Source of the DNA: a virus | Lineage: Duplodnaviria > Caudoviricetes | Length of the DNA stretch: 56,040 nt | Virus record (IMG/VR): IMGVR_UViG_3300032269_000733 | Location: 1 to 56,040 of that record | Reading direction: 5' to 3' (one strand) | Shown here: positions 10,314-23,300 of the stretch, piece after piece | How the letters are laid out: the number at the start of each line of letters is the position of its first letter | How positions within the stretch are numbered: position 1 is the stretch's first letter | Notes under the pieces: generated by a model | The model's database searches: none | What the model saw: the letters and a program-made list of their open reading frames with translations, nothing else | Told to the model about the DNA's origin: nothing | Made by a program: the position numbers and the translations under genes

Positions 10314-12031
10314 CTAAAATGATGATGAAATTATTGGGATTTTTATCTCCACAAATAGGTGGAGGTGGATCTGGTGGCGGTGGTGGTGGTGCGCCTAGTA
10401 ATCAAAACATTACTACATCTAATATTGCTCCTTGGGCACAAAAGGGTGTAGAGTCATTAATTCATTCAGGTATGCAAAATGTATACCCAAATATGCAAGT
10501 AAACAAAGATGAGCAAGGAAATGTTACATCTTATGATTTAGGTTCTCAATCTGGATATACACCTTTTAACGCTGGAGCTACAACGCCAGCTTCTCAACAA
10601 GCTTTAAGTGCTGCACAAAGCACAACGGCAGGATTTACTCCATTACAAAAACAAGCATTTACTGGCGCATCAAATTTACAAATGCCGGGACAATACGGTC
10701 AAGCAACTGATTTGGCATCTACTGCGGGAATGGGCGCTTTAGGTACTACTGAGCAAGCAGGTATGTACGGTGGTATGGGTGCAAGGGCTGGTCAACAAGC
10801 AGCTGATTTATCTAATTTGTATGGTGGTTTAGGTTCACAAGCGGGACAACAAGCTGCTGGCATTTCTAATTTATATGGTGGATTAGGCGCACAGTCTGGG
10901 CAACAATATGCTGGATTATCTGCTGGTGCCGGACAACAAGGTTCAGATATAGGTCAGCAATACGGTGGTCAATCGGCTATGTATGGCGGTATGGGTGCTA
11001 TGCAAGGTCAACAAGGCGCAAACATTGGGCAAAGTTTAGGGCAAATGTCTACTAATGCTGGTGCTCAACAAGCTTACATGAACCCGTATTTACAAAATGC
11101 TTTAAACCCGCAACTTGCTGAAATACAAAGACAGTATGATATTACTGGTACACAAGAGCAAAGCCAAGCAGCAAAACAAGGTGCATTTGGTGGAAGCCGT
11201 GAAGCGTTGATGGCTGCTGAAAATCAGCGTAATAAAAACATGGCAATGAACCAAGTAATCGGTCAAGGTTACAACCAAGCATTTACTAATGCCCAACAAC
11301 AAATGAACGCAGCTAATCAAGCTGCTTTATCAGGTAATGCTCAGGCTTTACAGGGCTACGGTATGGGGCTTCAAGGCGTAGGTCAAGCCGGTCAGTTAGG
11401 TATGCAGGGTACTGGACAAGCCCTTCAAGGTTATGGACAAGCAGGTTCACAAGCATTAGCTGGTTATGGTATGGGTTTACAAGGTGCAGGACAAGCTGGA
11501 CAGCAAGCTATGCAAGGTTATGGCATGGGGCTTCAAGGTGCTAGTCAAGCTGGACAACAAGGTATTGCTGGCGCTCAGGCAGGATTAGCAGGGGTCGGTG
11601 CTCAACAAGCTGGATACGGTCAAGCTGGACAAGCGGGCGCTAATTTAGCCAATATTGGTGGACAACAGTTACAAGCGCAACAAGGTATTCTAGGATTGCA
11701 AAATCAGATGGGAACTCAACAACAGGCTAATAAACAAGCCATGTTAGATAGAGCATCACAGATATATGCTCAACAACAGAATTATCCAATGATGCAGTTG
11801 GGTCAGTTAGAATCTTTATTTACAGGCGCTCCACAGAATGTAAGTCAATTAGGATATCAAGCACCTCCAAGTATGGTATCTCAATTAGCAGGCTTAGGAA
11901 CCGCAGGTTTAGGCGCTTATGGGATGTACAATGCTGCAACTAAACCATATAAAAAGGGTGGAGTTGTTAAGTATAGTGCAGGAGGTATTGTATCTCTTGG
12001 TTTAAACAAAGCAATGAGAGGTAACGCATGA
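10310..12031 (+). CDS. Gly/Gln-rich ejection (DNA transfer) protein
   Basis: Low-complexity G/Q/A repeats, YMNPY and GAFGGSR core, hydrophobic GLGTAGLGAY near C-terminus. Confidence 0.72.
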   Translation: MTKMMMKLLGFLSPQIGGGGSGGGGGGAPSNQNITTSNIAPWAQKGVESLIHSGMQNVYPNMQVNKDEQGNVTSYDLGSQSGYTPFNAGATTPASQQALSAAQSTTAGFTPLQKQAFTGASNLQMPGQYGQATDLASTAGMGALGTTEQAGMYGGMGARAGQQAADLSNLYGGLGSQAGQQAAGISNLYGGLGAQSGQQYAGLSAGAGQQGSDIGQQYGGQSAMYGGMGAMQGQQGANIGQSLGQMSTNAGAQQAYMNPYLQNALNPQLAEIQRQYDITGTQEQSQAAKQGAFGGSREALMAAENQRNKNMAMNQVIGQGYNQAFTNAQQQMNAANQAALSGNAQALQGYGMGLQGVGQAGQLGMQGTGQALQGYGQAGSQALAGYGMGLQGAGQAGQQAMQGYGMGLQGASQAGQQGIAGAQAGLAGVGAQQAGYGQAGQAGANLANIGGQQLQAQQGILGLQNQMGTQQQANKQAMLDRASQIYAQQQNYPMMQLGQLESLFTGAPQNVSQLGYQAPPSMVSQLAGLGTAGLGAYGMYNAATKPYKKGGVVKYSAGGIVSLGLNKAMRGNA

Positions 12032-14328
12032 ACGGAATACTTGGACTTCTTGCTGATGCAGAAAAGCTAACCCCCGATCAACGAGCACAATCTGTTAAAA
12101 ATGGTGTATTACCTCCTGATTTGGCAAATATGCTTGGAATGGCTGAAAAAGATTTAAATCAAACACAGCCTAAACCACAAGAAGGTCAATCAAGCATTAG
12201 CGATCAGGTTATGGGTCAAGTAGACAAAGCTTTAGATCCGAGGAATGAAATTTTAGAAAAAATTGATGTTCTTAAAGATGATATTGGCAAAATTCAAGGT
12301 GCTATTCAATCAGGGGAAGTAAAACCATATGTTGGTTTACCTTTGCTTGCAAATAAGGTGGAAGAGTTAAATAAGCTTGAATCTATCATTAAACCACCAC
12401 AAATGCCTGAAAATTTGCAGCAACCGGTTAACGCAAATATGCAACCTGGCATGCAACCAGCACAAGAACCACAAAGTTTAAACGGTCAGCAAATGGATGC
12501 TCAAGGTTTAAACACCCTGCAATCTAACCTGCCACAGCAAATGGCTTATGGAGGCATTGTTAATCTTGCTTCAGGAAGTCATATTGATGCTGAAGACGAA
12601 GATGACGAGGATGAACAACGGGCGTTTGAACAACAAATGATGAATATGCCGATGGGTGAAGGCTTGGGTGCGGCTATCATGGGCGCTTCTAAGAAAAGTT
12701 CTCAGCCTGTAAATAAGGGTGTTGAGCAAGCAAGTAATCAAAATAATTCGTCTGTTACCAAAAAAATTGGTCAAACAGCAAAAGAGTTTTATCGCACCAT
12801 GTATAGTGACATTAAGTCAACCGCTGAAAAAATGGGTATATCAAACCCTGAGGCTATTGCTCACTTGGGCGCATCACAATCTGCTATTGAAACAGGTTAT
12901 GGAAAACATGCGCCAAACAATAATTTCTTTGGCATTAAAGGCGCAGGATCAAAGCAAGTAACTCAAGAGTACGTACCGGGAAAAGGTATGGTCACCATCA
13001 CGGATACATTTAGAGGGTATGAAAGTCCTCAAGAATCTATTAAAGATTACATTAATTTTTTACAAAAAAATAGCAGATACAAGCCTGTATTAGAAGCCAA
13101 GACCCCACAAGAAGCAATAATAGCTCAAAGTAAAACGGGCTATGCTACAGATCCAAAATATGGCTCTAAATTAAATTCTATTTATTCCTCAAACATGGCA
13201 GAGGGTGGAATTGTTGGCTTGGCTCATGGTGGAAAAATCAAGCATTTTTATACAGGCAATAAAATTGCTGACGAAGATATGCGTGAAATCAATGATATTG
13301 GAAGTCAATTAGATACAGCTAGAACTGCTGTTCAAGGGTTAGAGTCTTTTGGTTCAAGACAAAGACAACTTATACCAGACTATCAAACAAAATATGATGA
13401 TGCTTTAAAACAAAGACAAGCATTACAAAAAAAATATGAAACATTAATGTCTAAAACAGGCGTTGATAAACCTGCAATTGGTTATCAAACTAATTTAACA
13501 GGCACTACATTAACACCAACTGCTATTGGGCAGGCTATGGCTCCTAAAGAAATCTTAAAGACTCCTCCTGTGCCTACTACACCTACAAAACCTGTAACTG
13601 ATTTAAATAACCAAAACCCATATGACACAGAAGATTTTATTTATGGTCAACGCATGAGGGATATGGAAAATAACAAAGGTGATGAGTTGGCTCAAGCTGA
13701 AAAACCAAGATCATCGATGGATGATTTCTTAGATTACATTAAGAAATCCCGTGATGATATAAAAAGATCTCATGAAACAGACAAATACATGGGATTACTA
13801 ATGGCAGGACTTGGCACATTAGGAGGTACATCACAGTATGGTGCCGCAAATATTGGCAAAGGCGCAGGAATGGGCGTTCAACATTACGCTGATTTACAGA
13901 GACAACAAGCCGCTGAAAGAGCAAACTTAGACAAGTTACAGTTATACGGTAATCGTGCACAAATGACCGATGCTTTGTATCGTGAAATGCGTGAAACTCC
14001 TGATGAAAGAAAAGCTCGACTTGATAGATTAGTTGCCAAAGATAAACAAGAAGCAGAAGATCGTGGGTCAAATTTACAAGAAAAAACTTTGCTTCGTTAT
14101 GAAAGAGCAAAAGATGCTCGTGATAAAATGTTTGAAAATCATTTATTAAAAACTTATCCTTTAGCGGCTTATGGCGACAAAGATTCTTTGGCTAAAATAG
14201 CTAAAGAAAGAGAAGCATATGAAAAAAATCCTCAAACAATTTTTTACAATAAAAAATTATATGGTGATGATATTTTTAGTGGAATACCGAGCGCAGAAAG
14301 TGGATTTAAAATACTACCACCTAAATAA
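12028..14328 (+). CDS. Ejection protein with FlgJ/GH73 glucosaminidase (virion peptidoglycan hydrolase) domain
   Basis: QSAIETGYG, NNFFGIK, FRGYES, GYATDPKY motifs of GH73. Confidence 0.85.
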   Translation: MNGILGLLADAEKLTPDQRAQSVKNGVLPPDLANMLGMAEKDLNQTQPKPQEGQSSISDQVMGQVDKALDPRNEILEKIDVLKDDIGKIQGAIQSGEVKPYVGLPLLANKVEELNKLESIIKPPQMPENLQQPVNANMQPGMQPAQEPQSLNGQQMDAQGLNTLQSNLPQQMAYGGIVNLASGSHIDAEDEDDEDEQRAFEQQMMNMPMGEGLGAAIMGASKKSSQPVNKGVEQASNQNNSSVTKKIGQTAKEFYRTMYSDIKSTAEKMGISNPEAIAHLGASQSAIETGYGKHAPNNNFFGIKGAGSKQVTQEYVPGKGMVTITDTFRGYESPQESIKDYINFLQKNSRYKPVLEAKTPQEAIIAQSKTGYATDPKYGSKLNSIYSSNMAEGGIVGLAHGGKIKHFYTGNKIADEDMREINDIGSQLDTARTAVQGLESFGSRQRQLIPDYQTKYDDALKQRQALQKKYETLMSKTGVDKPAIGYQTNLTGTTLTPTAIGQAMAPKEILKTPPVPTTPTKPVTDLNNQNPYDTEDFIYGQRMRDMENNKGDELAQAEKPRSSMDDFLDYIKKSRDDIKRSHETDKYMGLLMAGLGTLGGTSQYGAANIGKGAGMGVQHYADLQRQQAAERANLDKLQLYGNRAQMTDALYREMRETPDERKARLDRLVAKDKQEAEDRGSNLQEKTLLRYERAKDARDKMFENHLLKTYPLAAYGDKDSLAKIAKEREAYEKNPQTIFYNKKLYGDDIFSGIPSAESGFKILPPK

Positions 14329-14333
14329 TAAAT

Positions 14334-17300
14334 ATGCCAATTCATGAAGTAGAAACCCCTGACGGAAGCATCATGAGAGTTGAGGCACCTGAAGGTGCTT
14401 CACAAGATGCTATTCTTGCTTTTGCTTCGCAAAATTATCAACCAAAAGAATTAAAAGAAAGTCCTGAATCAGGTGGTATTGCCGCTGCAAAAGCATCTGT
14501 ACGAGACATTATTGGTCAAGGTGCTCTTACTCTAGGCAGGGTTGGTTTAATGAACCCTGAAGAAGCACAGCTTCGATATGAAAAAGAAAAACAACGATCA
14601 GCAGAGATATTCAAACCCACGGAAGGAACTTTCTTCCAATCGCCACTAGCTAAGACTAGTGAATTACTTGGTGGTTCTTTGCCCTATATGGCGGCTCCTT
14701 TGGTCGGTGCTGCAGTGGCAAATCCTTTGGGCGCAGGTCTTATTGGCGCAGGCGCTGTATCCGCAGGACAGTTTGTCGGTTCAAACTTAGCACGTCAATT
14801 GGACGAAGGAAAAAAGGAAGGTAAAACTCTTGCTGATACTAGTCTGACATCCGCAGTAGCTGCATCCATCCCACAAGCGTTGCTTGATACCTACGCACTC
14901 AAAATGACTCCATTAATTCGTGGAGTCTTTGGTAAAGCAGGACAAGAGATTACCGAAAAAACCGCACAAGAAATTGCCAAGAAAGGTATTCTTGGAACCA
15001 TTACAGATGTAGGCTTAACCGCTAACCGAGAAGGTATTACTGAGGCAGGACAGCAAGTCTTGGAGCGTTTACAAGCTGGTTTAAACATTGCAGACGAAGA
15101 AGCTCGCAAAGAATATTTTGATAGTTATGTTGGTGGCGCTGTACTCGGTGGAGTCTTAGGCGCAGGTGGTCACTTTATAGAAAAGACCATGCAGAACAAG
15201 CCAGAGAATGAATATGATTCTTTGATGACTAGTCTGCGCACACATTTTGATACAGCATCTGACGTGCCTATGACTGATGTTGTTGGTAAAATTTCCGAAC
15301 TAACGGGCGAAAAAGACTTAAACAAAATACAAAACTTCCTTGGTGGCGCAGAACAGTTAGGGCATTTAGAAACAGTTCCAAACGAAGATAACACTTTATC
15401 CATCAAGTTTAAACAGCCTACACCAATTGAGCAGGCAGACGACTTACAGAAGAACGCCAATCCTGACATTTATAGACCTGAGGTGTTTGAAAGCCATGCC
15501 GAGTTATATAAAGCCATCGTTCCTAAGTTAAAGAAGTTTGGCTTAGAAAATGTCGGTGTTAAGATCATGGACAGTATTGAAAATGGTAGAGCTGATGGTT
15601 TATGGGCTAACAAGGTTATTCATTTAGCCATGGATTCACCCAATCCAATAGGTACTATGCGCCATGAGTCAGTTCATGCCTTAAGACAACTAGGTGGATT
15701 TAAACCAAATGAGTGGACAGTTTTAACCAATAAAGCTAAAGATGAGTGGGTAGATAAGTTCATTAAGAAGGCAGATTTGTATGACCAGTACAAAGACCAG
15801 TATGTTAAAGATAATGGTAATTTAACTGGCTTTGATGATTATATCCACGAAGAAGCGATTGCTGAAGCGTTTAAACACTTTGACCAAACCAAGCCACCAG
15901 CAGGACTAGTTGGCAACATCTATCAACGACTAAAACAATTTTTTGAAACGATCCGCAATGGATTTGAAGGCAATGGATTTAACACTGCCGATAGTATATT
16001 TAGGAGCCTAGACGAAGGTAAACGTGCTCCTGTACAATTAAAAAAAGGAGAAATAAATGAACAATCAAAATACAACCTTGCCCAATACGATGAAGAAGGA
16101 CGACCTGTACAAGCAACTCCAATCAATGGAGCCGAAGCAGGAGAATTTCCAAGACGAGGAGAGTTACTTGGAGGCGAGGGACGCATTCCGCAACCGAGCA
16201 GGGTTCTTGCTCCGACCCAAAGCCTAGATAATAATCCACCACCTGTTACCATACCAAGTCTTGGTCAGGTATCTTTTGGAGCACATCCTCAAGCAAGACA
16301 AGTAGCTCAAGAATATATGGCTAATAAGCCTTATTTTCCTGCTACATCTTATGTTAAGGTAGATCCTGAGCAAGCAAAACGTGTTGCGGATGCTTACGAA
16401 AACATGAAGGATGATCCAACTAATCCTCAGGTTAAAGCGTCATACGATGCAATGATTAAAGAAACTTTAGACCAATGGCAAGCCATTAAAAAAACAGGTT
16501 TAAAGGTAGAGTTTATGCAAGAAGGAATGGATGACCCTTATGCCGAGTCTCCACGACTTGCCATTCTTGATGCAGTTAACAACAATCACCTATGGGTATT
16601 CCCAACTGATTTTGGGTACGGTGAGGGCAATGTAATGGATGAGAAAAACAATCCATTATTAGCCTATACTGATGAAATTATTAGTGGCAAACGAGCAAGA
16701 GCAAATGATATCTTTCGTATTGTTCATGATTACTTTGGACACATTAAAGATGGTGTAGGATTTAGAGCAGATGGTGAAGAGAATGCGTGGCGTTCTCATG
16801 TTCAAATGTATTCACCACTAGCAAGAAATGCAATGACTATTGAGACTCGTGGACAAAATTCATGGGTTAATTTTGGACCGTATGCCGAATTTAATAAAAC
16901 CGCTAGTGCGGTGGATACTAAATACGCACCACAAAAAATTGGTTTGCTTCCTGAAGAATTTGTGTATAGTGGCTCACCTTTTGAAACAGACCACAACATA
17001 GGAGAAGAAGATGCAAAAAAATATAGCTTCAAAAACAAAGAATTACGACCCACGGAAAATGCCGTTCGACCTAGCGGTGGAGGCGGTGAAGGAATCTCTC
17101 TCAACCCAAGGCAAGCAAATGCGCAAACCTATGTCGGGCACCACTACAGCAAGGGTGAAAGGCAATATCTAGACGGTAGTAAGTATGGATCTCTAGATGG
17201 TATTGCAGGACAAGAGCAAAGACGTTTACAGTATTCCAACGATCCACGGATTAAAAAACGTGTATATTTCTACATTCCTCATTCAGAACTTGATGGTAAA

Positions 17301-20300
17301 TATTTACCTCCTGAACAAGGTCTTGGGTCGTTTAAACACGTACAAACATTTAATAATATCTTAGGTCCTGGACCTGAGATGTCTCGGATTTATGAGCAGT
17401 CAGGTGCAACCTCCAATGATATGAATCCGTTTGAATCTGCGGTGGTTGATGCAGGCTATGATGGCTATGCTGCTCCTCGTATGGGTATGATGGTTATCCT
17501 TAACCATGACAACATTCCTGTAAGTTTTGGTAAATACGCTATTCGTGCACCATTACAAAATGCATTTGATTATGCAAGAGGTAAGGACTTTAAAACCAAT
17601 CGAGATTTAAAAGTTGACTTGCAAAAAATAGCTTTACAAAAAAACCAACAAGCAAAAATAAACATTGAAAACTTTGATAATAAAACCATTGAGTATCTTT
17701 CTAACCTTGGGGTTGCAGACGCATTGCATGCCATAAAAACAAATGAAAATGCAGTTGGGTGGTATGACGTTACCGTTGCCAAAGCATTAAACATTATTTC
17801 TTTATTGCATCCTGAAATTAAAACAGACCCTGACGCTAAATTTGCATTTACATGGGCATTGGCTGTTACCTCCAACGGCATAAAAGTTGATAAGAACTTT
17901 GAATTGGCAGAACAAGCTTACAATTATTATAAAAATAATGGCGTAATGCCTACAGATATTCAAGCAGGTGAATCACAAAAAGGAATCAATAACGGATTAA
18001 AAACATTTAATGAGATGGTTGCTAAGTATGGTATAGACAATACTAGAAAGTTTATGGCAACTGAATTTACTCCAAAAGAAATTGAAAATTTAACAGGGTT
18101 AAAAATTCTTGGAGAAAACGTAGGCACAAAACTTTTGGGTGCGTCTATTATTGGACCTAAAATTGGCAATGGATTCTATAGTAACCTAAACGGCATCTTT
18201 GATAAGCTGACGATGGACAGATGGCTCATGAGAACATGGGGTCGTTGGACAGGCACATTGATTGAAAATAATGTTGCACAAACTAAAGCAAGCAAAACTC
18301 TTGTTGACACTTTGTTAAGACAGATGGTAAACGACAAAGAAACAAAAAAGAATTTTGAACAAGTTTTAAAAAAATCAATTACTAAAACAGAAGTTAAAAC
18401 TGAAGAAGGTAGAGCATTGTTAGCAAAAAACATTGCTAAATCTACTGTAAAATCCGCAAACAGGGATGTTTTTAACCGAACCACATTAGGTGAAAATTTA
18501 AGAAAAGCATCAAACAATTTAGCAAAGTACCTTGACGGTCAAAAAGAAGCGCCAAAAACAGGTACAGAAAGAAATCAAATACGTGCCGTGTTTAATTCGA
18601 TGCTAAAAAAATTACAGGCTCGTGGTTACAATGATTTAACTATGGCTGATTTACAAGCCTTGTTATGGTATCCTGAAAGACGTTTGTACGATGTTGCAAA
18701 AGAAAGCGATACAAATGAAGGTTATGATGACAGTGAAGCACCTGATTATGCAAACGCAGCGGCTAAATTAGTTAAAGAAAATGGAGTTTCAGAAACACAA
18801 ATTAACCAAGTTATTAAACAAACGGAGAATCAATATGTTAACAGAGCAAGAGGAGTTCAACCAAATGCGGGAAATAACACCCCTCAAACTAGCACCCAAG
18901 GAAAGACTAGAGGCTTTACTGAAGAAGAAAGAGCAAAATTCTCAGAACAATATGCTCCTCCAAAACCAGAAAAAGCTCCAAGGGTAAAAAAAGAAAAGTA
19001 TTCATTACGAGCCCCCAACACTCCTGCGTTTAGAGCGTGGTTTAAGGGCAGTAAAGTTGTAGATGAAGATGGTAAACCATTGATCGTTTATCATGGAACA
19101 GCAGGGGATGCATTTGATGTATTTGATAAAAATAAAATTAGATTAATGGATTATGATGCGCCATTTAATGGATTTTGGTTCTCATCGGATAAGGCTACAT
19201 CTCCAGCAATGCGTGATGCAAAAAATGTAATCTCTGTTTATCTGAGTATAAAAAATCCCGCACCAAGCAATGTATGGAAAAAAGTATCTAGAGAGGTTTA
19301 TTCTGACCAAAACATACGCAAAGAATCGAGGTCTGATAATGATGAGGTAAGACATAGATTGCAAGACATGGGATATGATGGAATTAAGTTTTCTGGAAAG
19401 CCAGATATAAACGCTAATGAATTAAATGAAAAGGGCTACACATCATTTAAAGATGTTTCAGGAAAATCTTACACTTTAGCTAAAAATAAAGAAGACGGTG
19501 GATTAGATTTATACGATGGCAAAACCGATGGTTTTCCGAATCCGCAAACAGAAGAATACATTACTGGATATTCAAATCTTCAAGAATATTTAAATACTGA
19601 AAAACATGAAACTTGGGTTACCTTTGAGCCTAACCAAATTAAATCAGTATTTAATCAAGCACCAACCGAATCCAACGACATTCGTTATTCTTTAAAAGCT
19701 CCTAACACTCCTGCGTTTAAACGTTGGTTTGGTAACAGCAAAATAGTTAATACTGATGGCACACCAAAAGTGATGTACCACGGTACTGCACAAGATATAT
19801 TTGAGTTTAGACCTAAGCAAGCCAATGCTATATTTGTAACTGACAATCCAAGATTTGCAGAAGGTTTTTCAGATTTAAGTTCTAATTACATGGTAAATGA
19901 AATTGAAAAAAATTTACCTAAAGATAAAAAGGAAAAACTATATAGACAAGCAAAACAAATTGCAAAAAAAGAAGAAACTGATTTTATTGATGAATATAAC
20001 AATCTTATAAAAAATGAATTGCCATCAGCGCAAAACATAATTCCTGTATTTGTTCGTTCTGAAAAACCGTTTGATTATGAAAATAAACAAGATAAAGAAA
20101 AATTATGGAATTCATTAAATGATGATGAAGCATCAGCAATTTATCGTTTGTATTTAGATAAAGATGAATATTCAAAAGATTTGGTTTCTGATTTAAATAG
20201 TGGAAGTTGGAAATTAATTGAATCACATCCAATGCAACATGCAATTAAAAAAGCAGGATTTGATGGATTTTATATTAGGGAAGGTGGTAACAAAAACTTA

Positions 20301-23300
20301 GCAGTATATGAACCATCACAGTTAAAATCTGCCACAGGTAATCAAGGTACATTTGACATCACTAGCCCTGATATCCGTTATGCACTACGTGCATCTAAAA
20401 CACCTGCGTTCCAAAAATGGTTTGGTGACAGCGTTGTTATTAATGAACAAGGTGAACCTCAGATTGTTTACACGGGCACATCAAAAGACAAAGACTTTAC
20501 ATCATTTAATGTTCCTAAAAATGGCACATGGTTTACCACCAATCCTGAAATGGCATCATCTTATGCCTCTCAAAATGATAGTCAAGGATATAAAAGAGAT
20601 GAAAGTGAAGGTGCAAAACCTTGGGATATTGTTGCAACCAATACTGCATCAAGAGTTATACCTGCGTTCTTAAAAATTGAAAATCCATTCAAAATGACAG
20701 ATGAGCTTTTTAAAGAACATCTTGGCGGGAGTGGCAGTTACAAAAGAAAACAAGCAAATTATTTTGAAACGTTAAAATATCAAGGATATGATGGTATTGA
20801 TATGGGTGATGGAATTTGGGTTGTATTAAAAAATCCAAACCAAATTAAAACTGCGTTTAACATGAATCCTACTGAAAAGAAGGACATGCGTTATTCCATA
20901 TATCCTGGACCTCGTTTAACTAAAATAGAAGCACCAAAGAGTACAGTCAATGTAGTTAAAGACACTGCCTCAGAGGTATGGGATAACATTCATGACAATA
21001 ATTATCTCACTCAAAATCGTATAGCATGGGTAGACCGAGTGTCAGGATTAACTCAGGCATTACAAAAACTGCCACAGTTTGACATGAACGGTAAACTACG
21101 TGCCGATCTATTAATACGTGCCAAGTTTCAAACAATTAATTTTATTAAAAACGCCATTCAATCAGGCATTCCAATCCTTAATGCTGACGGAACTTTGGGT
21201 GTTGAACGCAGCGAAAACAACTTAGCTCGCAGCTTAATCCTTGCTGATGAACTAGACTCAAAGTTTAAACAATTTGGATTCACAGGTAGAAGCGGTGTAG
21301 CAGAGGTTGCTCGTATCCTGCGTGGTGAAGAGATTATGAAGGAAGATGCGGTTGAGCGTGCCAAGGGCGATGCTTTGGTAAAACAAGCAAACGCTCATTT
21401 AAAAATGGCATCAGATCTTAAAAATTTACATAAGTTTGAACTTGAGTACGCTAAAAAATTAACCAAAGAAGCTAAAGTCTTATACAACGCAGGCAAACTA
21501 AGAGAAGGTAATCTTAAGGCAAGCGAAGCAAGACGCATCTATGAGACTAATTTTTACAGGGAAATACTCAAAGAAACAAAAGAAGCAAGAAAATTAATGA
21601 ATGAGGGTAAACCCTTACAAAAAGTTTTTAGAGAATTTCAAGTTACAGATGCCAAAATTAAATGGGCAAACAATATACTTAAGCAAATTCCTGAAACAGA
21701 AAATGTCCTTAGCATATGGCGGAACGTCAATCGTGGCTTAATTGATTTATGGGTTGAAACAGGCATATTAGATGAGCAAACAGCATCAAAATACAAAGCA
21801 CGTGATCGGTATGTTCCGCTGTTTAAATCAAGAGAAGACTTGGATGCAGAAGGTTTATACAACTCCACAGGCACAGGAACAAAGTCTACTGCCAAGATAA
21901 AAACATTAAAAGGTGCAATGATAGACCGCAACATTTGGGAGAACATGGATAAGCATTTTGCCAAAATGGTTGCCCAAGCGTATGAAAATCAAACACGCAG
22001 AGTCGGTGTTGATCAACTAAAATATTTTGGCTTGGCTACTATAACAAAGGACAGAACAAAAGCTAATTTATTCTTCAAAGAAAATGGCAAAGAAGTCATG
22101 GCAATAGTGGAAAACCCTAATGACCTTGCCGCTTTCCAAGCAATGACATATGAGATTAGCCCTATCATGAAAATGTTTGTGCCGATGACAAAAGTGCTTA
22201 GAACAGGCGCTTTGCTCAATCCTATGTATTGGATTAAGCAATTGATTCGTGACCCAATACACGCTTCTTTGGTGGCTAATAGCGGTATTGTTACACCGTT
22301 TCATTCCATGGTGGAGTTTGCTAGAGTGATTGCTAAGAATTCTGAGGAAGCTAAAATTCTTGCAGATCGAGGTGTCATTGGTGCGGTAGATAACACGTTG
22401 ACAATCAATGAGTTTTTAAAACAAGTTGGCAAGGAAAAGACAAATCCCCATGCACTTGCAGGAGCGTTGCATAAAATCATGGAAATTCACGAGGCATCCG
22501 ATGCGGCGACTCGTGTAGCCATTTACAAGAAGGCATTTGCAGAAGGCATGAAAAAGTTTGGTGACAAACAAAAAGCCACAGACTATGCAGTGTTTAAAGC
22601 ACGTGAGTCGATTAACTTCTCAGTACATGGTAACTCCCCAATATTGCAACAGCTTCGAGCAACCATTCCGTTCTTCTCAGCAGCTATTACATCTTTGGAT
22701 ACGGTTTACCGAGCTGCTACAGGTTACGGTTTAAACGCTGATGAAAAAGCACAAGCCAGAAGAATCTTTGCTTCTCGTGCAGCAATGATGGTAATGTTAT
22801 CCACTGTTTATGCAATGATGTATCAAGATGATGATCAGTATAAAAAATTACCTGATTATGTTAAAGACGACAATTGGTTAATCCCTACTCCTGACGGCAA
22901 AACATTTATTAAGATTCCAACACCATTTGAGGTTGGCTTCTTATTTAAAACCATTCCTGAGGGTGCAGTCAGATACATGGCAGGCACAAGCACAGGCAAA
23001 GAATTAATGGCATCGTATTACGGTGGCTTGCTTAAAAATTTACCTGCAAATGGCATACCTATTCCACAGGCAGTAAAACCTATTTTAGAAACAATTACCA
23101 ATCATTCTTTCTTTACAGGCAATCCAATTGAAGGCATGAGCGATCAGGGTTTACCTGTATCCATGCGTGGTCAAAGAGCATCAGAATTTTCTAAGATGCT
23201 TAGTCGTTTGGGATTGGATGGCATTGGTTTATCCCCTGCCAAGATTGACAATTTGTTCCAAGGATACTTTGCTGAATTAGGTACCTTATCTACAGGTATG

